Virus record (IMG/VR): IMGVR_UViG_3300042807_000094 | Direction: 5' to 3' (one strand) | Length of the DNA stretch: 64,000 bases | Source of the DNA: a virus | Shown: piece by piece, positions 9,537-16,809 of the stretch | Layout of the letters: each line of letters starts with the position of its first letter | Numbering within the stretch: position 1 is the stretch's first letter | Position numbers and translations under genes: made by a program | Notes under the pieces: generated by a model | The model's input: only the letters and a program-made list of their open reading frames with translations | The model's database searches: none | Told to the model about the DNA's origin: nothing

Positions 9537-9787
9537 TCTTCAACTCCTAATGTTTTTTTGAGTGTTCCCTCTGCTCTCAGTCTATCAAGATCTGAGAAGC
9601 CTCCAATAAATCTATCATCTACCCAAACTTGTGGTACTGTATTACAGTTAGACAAAGTTCTTAGTGTAGCCCGAGTAGTTTCATCATTTGTAACGTCAAC
9701 CGAAAGGAAAGTGAATCCTTCTGACACTAGTAACTCAACTGCCTTTTTGCACCAAGGGCAGTAACTTGCTGTGTATACTCTAATCAT
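9533..9787 (-). CDS. Glutaredoxin
   Basis: CPWC active site, TVPQV, IGGF motifs. Confidence 0.92.
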   Translation of the reverse strand: MIRVYTASYCPWCKKAVELLVSEGFTFLSVDVTNDETTRATLRTLSNCNTVPQVWVDDRFIGGFSDLDRLRAEGTLKKTLGVEE

Positions 9788-9790
9788 TTA

Positions 9791-9973
9791 TCACCAATCA
9801 TTGTATGTGTCTTCCATTCTTACTTTATCAGCTTCTAGTTGGGCTTCTTTGAGCGTCTTAGTTACAAGATCCAACATAGTTCTGTCTTTATACGAAGTCG
9901 TACTCCACATTAGATACGAATGAAACTCTTGGAGTTGTTCGTATGACATTTGGATTGTGTATCTCTTATCCAT
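9791..9973 (-). CDS. Hypothetical protein
   Basis: Short ORF directly downstream of a sigma70-like promoter. Confidence 0.55.
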   Translation of the reverse strand: MDKRYTIQMSYEQLQEFHSYLMWSTTSYKDRTMLDLVTKTLKEAQLEADKVRMEDTYNDW

Positions 9974-9984
9974 CTATACATCCT

Positions 9985-10013
9985 TTTATAACACAAAATA
10001 CAGCGACTATCAA
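9985..10013 (-). promoter_or_regulatory. Sigma70-like promoter TTGATA-N17-TATAAA
   Basis: Intergenic, 17-nt spacer. Confidence 0.6.
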
Positions 10014-10060
10014 TGAAATAATCATAAATCTGTAATAATGTTTGTCGTCGTTAGTCATTT

Positions 10061-10273
10061 TTATTCCCAAGTTATCTTGATTAACCCAGTAAGGCATTCG
10101 GGGCAAGAGACTTTATCTGTGTAATCGCCACAATCTACTTGCCAGCGTTCTACCGAATGTCCGTGTCCGCACTCGCTACACTGTGACCAACCTGTTCTAC
10201 CTAGGTCAAAAGCACCGCAATCGCATCTATGCCAATCTTGGTGCCAAGAACAAGTTGGCGAATGTTCGTTCAT
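10061..10273 (-). CDS. Small Cys-rich (Zn-ribbon-like) hypothetical protein
   Basis: CSW..HRCDC, CSEC, CPEC; overlaps thyX stop. Confidence 0.55.
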   Translation of the reverse strand: MNEHSPTCSWHQDWHRCDCGAFDLGRTGWSQCSECGHGHSVERWQVDCGDYTDKVSCPECLTGLIKITWE

Positions 10274-10989
10274 TCCCGGTTCTTCCTAAACGCCCCAACC
10301 GCTTCGGGCCAAAGGTCAGTTGCGATTTCCAAGCACGCTTCGGCAACCTTTTGGATTTCCCACTGTGCGCCTTCGTGAGTTCGCAGATCAATAAACTTTA
10401 GCAAGTTAGACAGATTGACCGTTCCGTAGTATTCTGTGTAAAGATTCTGTGGAAGAACGCCTCTTGCTTGTTCGCGACAAACGCCTGCTTCCATAAGATC
10501 GTTGTAGAACTTGACTGCTTTTTGGTTCCAGTCTTTCATTACTGCTGACGCATCACCTTGGAAACCAGCGTTGTTGTAAGGAACTGGAACCATAGGATTG
10601 ATTAGGTCTTCTACATTTGATGCTTGTCTGTTTGACTTGTGTTGTGTTCTGAACTCTTGTGGTTCGTAGAATGCAAGATTCTCGTCAGTATAGCGTCGTG
10701 AAATCTCGTTGTAAGACCAAGTGCGATGTCGGTGATGTTGCGAGCGCACAAAAAGAGGAACGACAAACCTGAAAGTAATAACGTTATGCTCAAAAGTAGA
10801 GGTGTGCTTATGATCAACAAGATAGCGAATAAGCTTTTTGTCTCTTTCGTCCAGTTCATCTTTTGTCTTTCCAAATGAAACGCGGGCAGAGTTTACGATT
10901 GTAAGATCGGTGCCCATGTGGTCTATGTATTCTACTTTTCCAATACCGTCGCCGTATAGCTCGATACTTTTATCATACACCGTATTCAT
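10270..10989 (-). CDS. thyX: Flavin-dependent thymidylate synthase
   Basis: SARVSF, HTSTFEH, RHRTWSYNEISRRY signature, AQWEI. Confidence 0.96.
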   Translation of the reverse strand: MNTVYDKSIELYGDGIGKVEYIDHMGTDLTIVNSARVSFGKTKDELDERDKKLIRYLVDHKHTSTFEHNVITFRFVVPLFVRSQHHRHRTWSYNEISRRYTDENLAFYEPQEFRTQHKSNRQASNVEDLINPMVPVPYNNAGFQGDASAVMKDWNQKAVKFYNDLMEAGVCREQARGVLPQNLYTEYYGTVNLSNLLKFIDLRTHEGAQWEIQKVAEACLEIATDLWPEAVGAFRKNRE

Positions 10990-11398
10990 TGATAATCCTT
11001 AGTCCTTCTACAATAGCTTCTATTCTGTTTTCTTTTACCGGATAAGTATTGACTTTCTTATACCGAAATGGAACGATAAGCTCAAAGGCTTCCGGCCATT
11101 CTACCATGTTATCTACAAATCCGAAAAGTGGGTGAATAAAGAAACCCGACTCTGCTAGTATATCATGTTCCAGTATTCCAAGTGTAGCGGGATCTGTCAA
11201 GACCGGGTAAAGATCTGTTCGACCTTCTAGCCGTCTAGCTGTCTCTTCATCAGAAATCCTGTGAACGTATCCGGTTGTTCCCGGACCATAAGAAGGACTG
11301 ATGTATAGCATTCCCGACTTCCAAGTGAAAGACTCAAGAGGAACTATTTCCCTTCCTAATGCTTCTACTAAATCTAGATCAACTTCATACTTCATCAT
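10973..11398 (-). CDS. Hypothetical protein
   Basis: ORF in overlapping gene run. Confidence 0.55.
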   Translation of the reverse strand: MMKYEVDLDLVEALGREIVPLESFTWKSGMLYISPSYGPGTTGYVHRISDEETARRLEGRTDLYPVLTDPATLGILEHDILAESGFFIHPLFGFVDNMVEWPEAFELIVPFRYKKVNTYPVKENRIEAIVEGLRIINEYGV

Positions 11399-11816
11399 CG
11401 CTCCCTGCGTATCTTGATGGTCGTTTCATTCTTTCTAAATCTTTTTCGTGGCATGAGGTACAAAGATTTCGAATCCAACCTGTAGTCCGAACTGTGGCTG
11501 GTACGCCGCAATCTTCACACGTTTTATAACTCATCATAGATGCCAGCGAGATAGCACCTTGTATTTCTTTGTTGCCACCAATGATGTATGCGCGAAGACC
11601 GCCGAACTTCTCTTTCACTTGTTCGAACTGTACAGGAGGTGCTTTGTTGTATTTGATCTGGTGGTCAATGTATTCGCATAGTGTATCAATCAGATCATAC
11701 CAGCCGTCGCCTGTCTCAATGCCCCAGCACATGCAAGTCTGGTTCATCGGAAGTGAGCGACGAGCAAATAAATCAGGATACTTCTCAAAGAGTTGTTGTT
11801 GTAGTTCTTCTCTCAT
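11385..11816 (-). CDS. Conserved phage hypothetical protein (QVKEKFGGLR, CEDCG)
   Basis: GDGWYDLI, QVKEKFGGLRAY, CEDC/CTSC motifs. Confidence 0.65.
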   Translation of the reverse strand: MREELQQQLFEKYPDLFARRSLPMNQTCMCWGIETGDGWYDLIDTLCEYIDHQIKYNKAPPVQFEQVKEKFGGLRAYIIGGNKEIQGAISLASMMSYKTCEDCGVPATVRTTGWIRNLCTSCHEKDLERMKRPSRYAGSDDEV

Positions 11817-12036
11817 CTTTTTGTTCCTCTAGATGTTCGATGTATCGTGTAAGATACCAGTGTGCTTTCTTTAGATCTTCTAACACTCTGTCATGCTTCT
11901 TGCCAGCCCTTGAAATGTATTTGACAACATTCCCAAGATGGAATCCAAGCTTCCAAGCTTCTATGACTTTGATAGCCTCATATAAGTTATCTGCTCCACC
12001 GTAATGCGAAGGATGATTTACAATGTCAGCCATCAT
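11785..12036 (-). CDS. DUF3310-like protein
   Basis: VNHPSHY, GNVVKYISRAGKK, EDLKKAHWYL. Confidence 0.85.
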   Translation of the reverse strand: MMADIVNHPSHYGGADNLYEAIKVIEAWKLGFHLGNVVKYISRAGKKHDRVLEDLKKAHWYLTRYIEHLEEQKDERRTTTTTL

Positions 12037-12332
12037 TCAACCCACGAAGCAATAACTTGGTTCTCAGGGATAAAATGGTATTCATCCCCGCGAATCTCGA
12101 CAGTCTCCATTAGATGGGTTGGGAATACAACCTTTGCTCCAACTTCGATAGTTGTAGTGCAATCAACAGCAAGGCTTCGCACTTGCGCGATTGTATGTTC
12201 TCTAAGAACTTCCTTAGAACTCTTAAAGTCTTCAGGCAGAAGAATCAAGGGAGTCTGCTCTTCCAAACCGGGAAGTGCATTCTCGACAGTCACAAAGATT
12301 CTCTTATTATGCGGCTCAATCGTAGTCATCAA
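12033..12332 (-). CDS. GroES-like co-chaperonin
   Basis: IEPHNKRIFV, mobile-loop-like TPLILLP, VGAKVVF, EYHFIPENQVIA. Confidence 0.7.
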   Translation of the reverse strand: MMTTIEPHNKRIFVTVENALPGLEEQTPLILLPEDFKSSKEVLREHTIAQVRSLAVDCTTTIEVGAKVVFPTHLMETVEIRGDEYHFIPENQVIASWVE

Positions 12333-12583
12333 TACTCCATAAACTTGTTTGATTCGATTGCTCTTTCATGTAATCGGTACTTGTCCGTAGGCATAAACTC
12401 ATCATGCAAACGCTTACAACGCTTACAGATAAATCGAACGCATACGTTATTACCACGCATTGCTTGGATGTGACTCGTTGCCACCCAAGTATGCTTTTGT
12501 TTGCCCGTTGCAGATGCAGGGCAATCTTCTATTTGTTTGTCATTATCAAGAAGATAGTTGAGCTTCATTTCGCCCTCCAACAT
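12329..12583 (-). CDS. Hypothetical protein with C/H ligands
   Basis: CP...HTW...CKRC; follows sigma70-like promoter. Confidence 0.55.
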   Translation of the reverse strand: MLEGEMKLNYLLDNDKQIEDCPASATGKQKHTWVATSHIQAMRGNNVCVRFICKRCKRLHDEFMPTDKYRLHERAIESNKFMEY

Positions 12584-12587
12584 TTAC

Positions 12588-12616
12588 ATTATAACCGTTG
12601 GGGGTAAGCGCGTCAA
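12588..12616 (-). promoter_or_regulatory. Sigma70-like promoter TTGACG-N17-TATAAT
   Basis: Near-perfect consensus in intergenic gap. Confidence 0.85.
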
Positions 12617-12635
12617 CTATCTTCGATAAAAAATC

Positions 12636-13175
12636 TTAGACTTTGGCTCTTTGCTGAATAAGATAGATGAAAGTCTCAATATCGTTAGCATGAGCGGCGA
12701 GCATGTCATTCACGCCAAGAGGAAGTTCGCCAGCTTCTTCTAGCTGATCGAAAACACCGGTCATTAGCTGGTGATGGTCTTTGAGCATTTGTAGACCAGT
12801 TTGTACAATAACTTCTGCATTCGCGTTAGCAGGGCTTTCGTATGATTGGATTACTTCCATAGCCTTCTTAGTGTTGCAAGAAGGGCAACCCATCATTTCA
12901 TCGCCGCTATTACCAATAGCCTTCTCAACGGCTTCGTCATACTGTCCTTCTAAGGCACCGTAAATCTCGCCAAATAGATTTGGATGATCGCCAGAAAAGC
13001 CAACACCCTTTGCTACATTGTGCGCGCCGTGGAACCAAAGTTGATTACCACGAATAGAACCAATGTATTGGCCCATTAGATCCCTGAATAGTGAAGAAGC
13101 TTGTGGTTGTTTAGAGAGAACTACTGCTACTTCTTCTAGGATAATCTTCTTTAGTTGGGCTTTTGTAAGCTTCAT
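12636..13175 (-). CDS. Dps/ferritin-like protein with N-terminal MKLTKAQLKKIILEE leader
   Basis: WFHGAHNVAKGVGFSGDHPNLFGEIY...YDEAVEK matches Dps ferroxidase ligand spacing. Confidence 0.75.
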   Translation of the reverse strand: MKLTKAQLKKIILEEVAVVLSKQPQASSLFRDLMGQYIGSIRGNQLWFHGAHNVAKGVGFSGDHPNLFGEIYGALEGQYDEAVEKAIGNSGDEMMGCPSCNTKKAMEVIQSYESPANANAEVIVQTGLQMLKDHHQLMTGVFDQLEEAGELPLGVNDMLAAHANDIETFIYLIQQRAKV

Positions 13176-13193
13176 GGTTGTTGTTCCTAAAAC

Positions 13194-13622
13194 TTATTTA
13201 TATTTCTTTAAGTCGTTTTCTGCTTTTTTTAGGGCTTCCTCTGCTTGACGAATCCTTTCGTTTTGTTCTTCTCTGGTATTGGGTATTTCACGACTTCCTT
13301 TCAGACCAAAAGCTACTTTTGTACCTGGAGATTTTTTGAGTTCTTCTATATCTTTTTTGAGTTCGGTTATTTTATTTTCCAGCTTTTCGGCTTTTACCTT
13401 ATCTGTATCTGTAGTTTCAACACCCATGGAATCGGCTATTTCTGCTCTTTTTTCCGCAGTACTTGTTGCGCTCATCATACCACCAGTTAATAGCGTGGCG
13501 GCTAATGCTATAGAGCCTAAGACTTTTTCAAACACACCCTCATTAAGTTCTTGCTTATTGAATAGTTCTTTCTCTATCTCTTCTTTGATAATCTGACGAA
13601 GTTGAGTAGTTGTGATTTTCAT
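13194..13622 (-). CDS. Hypothetical protein with MKITTTQLRQIIKEE leader, hydrophobic segment and coiled coil
   Basis: Leader motif; preceded by ACTATTTA; AT-rich. Confidence 0.65.
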   Translation of the reverse strand: MKITTTQLRQIIKEEIEKELFNKQELNEGVFEKVLGSIALAATLLTGGMMSATSTAEKRAEIADSMGVETTDTDKVKAEKLENKITELKKDIEELKKSPGTKVAFGLKGSREIPNTREEQNERIRQAEEALKKAENDLKKYK

Positions 13623-13639
13623 TTATTTCCCCTTAACAC

Positions 13640-13679
13640 AAATAAATAGTCCTTCCTGCCCAAAATAGACAGGAAGGAC
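13640..13679 (-). terminator. Intrinsic terminator after nrdJ C-part, overlapping an ACTATTTA motif (13643-13650)
   Basis: 10-bp stem GTCCTTCCTG/CAGGAAGGAC followed by TATTTATTT. Confidence 0.7.
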
Positions 13680-13685
13680 ACATTA

Positions 13686-14732
13686 TTACTTCAGATCGCA
13701 GGCACCACCGGCACAAGCGGCCTGATCTGTAAGATTAGTGTTGTCATCTACTTCATGAACATAGTTGAGGTCGATTGACTTTAGAGCCTCAAATAGTTTG
13801 TTATAGGTTTCATCATCACAATCTTCGTAAGGTGCTTGCTTGTAGGTGTGTTCAAACGCTGGAAGAACCGAAAGACCATTGTAGAATGCTCTGTTTTGCC
13901 ACATCCACTCGCCAACTGTATCCCATTCATCATTCTTGATTGAGACAGTAGCAGAGACATTATGGGTGTTTTGTCCCTTGCGGTGTCCTGACTTAATCCA
14001 AGTTTGACTTACCTTCTTCACTCTCTCCAAAAGGTCAATAGCAGACTCTGTACGAACGATTGAACCTTCTGGTGCCTTTTGTGGTACCGAAATAACAGCG
14101 GTGTCGTGTGGGCGGAAGTATTCGTCCTCGATTAGTTCTGGGTGGTTCTCTACGAGGTAGGTGTAGATTGCTTCATTCTTGCCGACACGGATACGACGAA
14201 TGTAAGTATCGTTGTGCCAAGCGTGAATGCCCGAAGAAGTTCCAAGAACAAGTGAAGTTGTACCTGAAGGCTTGACGCAAGTTGTTCTTGCTGCTGGATT
14301 GATTCCCAAAAGAGCCGCAGCGCGGGCATTTTCTTCTTTTACAACTTGTGCTGCTCTTACCATATCAAGATCAAGAACCTTTCCAGAAGCAATACCAGTC
14401 ATTCCAACACCGATTAGAGCGTCCTTCTCGGTTGTTCTCTGCCAAACTGGACGGAGATAGTGGAAGTCTGTGTAAGATGCTTGTAGAGTGCCAATAAACG
14501 CTGCTGCGCGGACTCTTGCTTCGTAGTCTTCCTGACTTTCCACATCGCTTACGTTCACTTCTGTTAGGTTACAGAACTGGTAAGGGCGAAGAGCAATTTC
14601 GCAGTTGTGAACCAACAACTCATTAGCAAAAAAGTTATGGTTCTTTTTTACTTGAATGTCATAAACGTCTCTATTCTTTTCAATAGTTATACGCTTGATC
14701 TTGGTTCTTGTAATATTCGTAGTCGTTTCCAT
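13686..14732 (-). CDS. nrdJ: Class II ribonucleotide reductase C-terminal fragment fused to C-intein
   Basis: 43-aa IntC ending LVHN then CEIALRPYQFCNLTEVN, CVKPSGTTS, C-terminal ACAGGAC. Confidence 0.93.
   Translation of the reverse strand: METTTNITRTKIKRITIEKNRDVYDIQVKKNHNFFANELLVHNCEIALRPYQFCNLTEVNVSDVESQEDYEARVRAAAFIGTLQASYTDFHYLRPVWQRTTEKDALIGVGMTGIASGKVLDLDMVRAAQVVKEENARAAALLGINPAARTTCVKPSGTTSLVLGTSSGIHAWHNDTYIRRIRVGKNEAIYTYLVENHPELIEDEYFRPHDTAVISVPQKAPEGSIVRTESAIDLLERVKKVSQTWIKSGHRKGQNTHNVSATVSIKNDEWDTVGEWMWQNRAFYNGLSVLPAFEHTYKQAPYEDCDDETYNKLFEALKSIDLNYVHEVDDNTNLTDQAACAGGACDLK
14604..14732 (-). mobile_element. Split intein C-half (IntC, 43 aa)
   Basis: VYDIQV..NHNFFANELLVHN blocks F/G, +1 residue Cys. 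Confidence 0.93.
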
Positions 14733-15511
14733 TCTAATATCTCCTTATTATAGGTGGTGGTTATATATGGTCCTATATCTCTTATTAGGACTATTTCTAT
14801 ATCCAGTCTTTTTGATAGTTCTTCTGTTTTTACTATCCCTCTATCCCAAAACCCTTTGATTTCAACTATTTTCATCAAAGTTCCTTCTTCGTAGATAAAA
14901 AAGTCTGGTCTATACGTTGTTTTCTCAAGTTGGAAAGTTTGCTGTTCTACATCCCATTCTATCGCATGAGAGTCAAGCCACTTGGCATATATATATTCAT
15001 ATGTGCTACGAAGCCAAACAAACTTATTTCTTGTTCTGTTGAAGTAGTATCCCTGAATGCCTCGCGAGGTCTTATTAGTCTTTCTATGAAAGGTCTTAAA
15101 CCAACCTGCTCTATTGTTATACAACGACTTCAGGTTTTCACTTCTTATTTCTTTTGTTTTGTTATATACTATATTTTTGCCTTTATTTATCTCTATACCA
15201 AGTATTGAAAAAAGAGTTCTTACTCTCGTTGGTGTCAAGTCTATCTTTTTGCCTATTGTTTTCAAACCATACCCTTCACTATAAAGAGAAGATATAAAAC
15301 TTTTAGCAAAACAATATTCGCTTGGATATATCCTACTAATATTGTTGATAATAAAACTTCTTTTGTTGCTTGCGCGGGCGGTATTGCCAAGTTCAGCGAC
15401 TCTATTAGAAGCGTATATTTTGTACTCTTCTGCGAAGTCTTCTGGTATAAGTACGACTTTTCCTTTTTCGTGGTTGAGATATATTGTTCTTATCGCTTCT
15501 TCTATTTTCAT
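14687..15511 (-). CDS. Free-standing PD-(D/E)XK-type putative homing endonuclease inserted in nrdJ
   Basis: STYEYIYAKWLD...WDVEQQTF...YRPDFFIY...IVEIKGFW; HTH-like segment LKTIGKKIDLTPTRVRTLF; AT-rich; start placed at MKIEE behind GGAG. Confidence 0.78.
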   Translation of the reverse strand: MKIEEAIRTIYLNHEKGKVVLIPEDFAEEYKIYASNRVAELGNTARASNKRSFIINNISRIYPSEYCFAKSFISSLYSEGYGLKTIGKKIDLTPTRVRTLFSILGIEINKGKNIVYNKTKEIRSENLKSLYNNRAGWFKTFHRKTNKTSRGIQGYYFNRTRNKFVWLRSTYEYIYAKWLDSHAIEWDVEQQTFQLEKTTYRPDFFIYEEGTLMKIVEIKGFWDRGIVKTEELSKRLDIEIVLIRDIGPYITTTYNKEILEWKRLRILQEPRSSV

Positions 15512-15512
15512 G

Positions 15513-15562
15513 TTTGCGGGCTCCAACCCCTACATTATAAATAGTTTATTGGAGCCCGCAAA
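15513..15562 (-). promoter_or_regulatory. RBS-sequestering hairpin with ACTATTTA motif (15538-15545) in its loop
   Basis: Perfect 14-bp inverted repeat 15513-15526 / 15549-15562; the arm next to the ATG contains GGAG. Confidence 0.8.
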
Positions 15563-15567
15563 GATAC

Positions 15568-16809
15568 TCATTCAATAGAAAGTAGTATATCTTCTTCTGT
15601 CAAGTGTGCTGCTTCAACATATCCCCTATTCTCTGTGAATACTCTATGGTCGGGAGTTAGAATGAGGACTTGGCCGCTTTCTGTTTCGATCCTGATAACA
15701 TCAGCGTCTTCTCTCGTCATGGCTGCTTCTTCTACTGGTTGTAGTTCAAGACTACAAGTTGCTTCATCGTAAGAAAGCACGCTGATCGATTCGCCACTCT
15801 CAACCCTTTCAACCAACTCACGCATAGTCATTTGACCAACGTTTGTTGTAATGAGGGTGTCTCCGTCAACGCAACAAGGGTTTGTTCCCCAATCTTTATC
15901 GTTATTTAGGTAAATACCGGGTTCTCCTGAACCACTTTCACGAATGCGGGTCCAAAGATCCATAAAGTATTCTTTCTCAACCTTGTGGCGAAGAAGAACG
16001 GCAGAGTTGTTAGCACGACCGCGTTGTGGGTTTGTTTCCCACCAGTTTCCTGCCTTACAAGCAATCATTTCGTCGTCGTCAGCAGAGAATAGCGAAATCA
16101 AAGCAGCGCGGCGAATACCACCAGCAAGCACGGCATCTGCGATGTGACACATAATGTCGTGGCATTCAATAGGAGTTAGCTTATCGCCGTCCTTCTTTGT
16201 GTTCAGCATTCCGTCAATCTTCACCAAACACTCAACGAGAGGTTGTGGTCCCGGTGCTTTACCGCCTGATGTAACCAAACGGGCACCCTTGGGGCGAATG
16301 TCCGAGAAGTCAAAGCGAATACGACTTGTTCCCCTGAAGTAAGATTGTAGAAGCACGCGAACAGCATCGGCCCAACCTTCAATCGAATCTCCAACAAGGA
16401 ATCGCTTTTCGCGACCGGATGGAATCCGAATCTCTGGTAGTTTCTCAACGTGATGCTTCTGAACCGAGAAGCCTACGCCGGTTCCGCCAAGAAGCAAGAA
16501 CATTGCTTCCGAGAAAGAACGTAGATCATCAATAGGCATAAATGCACAGTTGAAGATTCGGTTTGGGGCAATCTCGATTGGCTTGCCACCAAACTGCATT
16601 GAACGCATCGAAGGCAATACTTGACGACTGAAAACATACTTGTATGCTTCCCTTATCTCTGATTCAAGATGTGGGTACTTCTTGATGTGCATTTCAAGAT
16701 TGCGTTCCGTGATTTCCTCATAAGATTCACGGCGGTATTCTTCTGGTAGATACCTTGCGTATTTCATATGGACTGTAATGTCCGACAAAATCCTAGTTGC
16801 TAGATTCAT
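15568..16809 (-). CDS. nrdJ: Class II (B12-dependent, monomeric RTPR-like) ribonucleotide reductase N-terminal fragment fused to N-intein
   Basis: VLPSMRSMQFGG, RIFNCAF, GGTGVGFS, TSGGKAPGP, VLAGGIRRAALISL, GEPG, GTNPC then CVDGDT intein start. Confidence 0.93.
   Translation of the reverse strand: MNLATRILSDITVHMKYARYLPEEYRRESYEEITERNLEMHIKKYPHLESEIREAYKYVFSRQVLPSMRSMQFGGKPIEIAPNRIFNCAFMPIDDLRSFSEAMFLLLGGTGVGFSVQKHHVEKLPEIRIPSGREKRFLVGDSIEGWADAVRVLLQSYFRGTSRIRFDFSDIRPKGARLVTSGGKAPGPQPLVECLVKIDGMLNTKKDGDKLTPIECHDIMCHIADAVLAGGIRRAALISLFSADDDEMIACKAGNWWETNPQRGRANNSAVLLRHKVEKEYFMDLWTRIRESGSGEPGIYLNNDKDWGTNPCCVDGDTLITTNVGQMTMRELVERVESGESISVLSYDEATCSLELQPVEEAAMTREDADVIRIETESGQVLILTPDHRVFTENRGYVEAAHLTEEDILLSIE
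15571..15873 (-). mobile_element. Split intein N-half (IntN, 101 aa)
   Basis: Block A CVDGDTLI, block B LTPDHRVFT, ENRGYVEA, ends at a stop codon. Confidence 0.93.

Noticed and set aside
14687-15567. Group I intron interrupting nrdJ
   Set aside because: Both flanks encode intein halves with their own stop and start, there is no room for a ribozyme core, and protein trans-splicing explains the layout.
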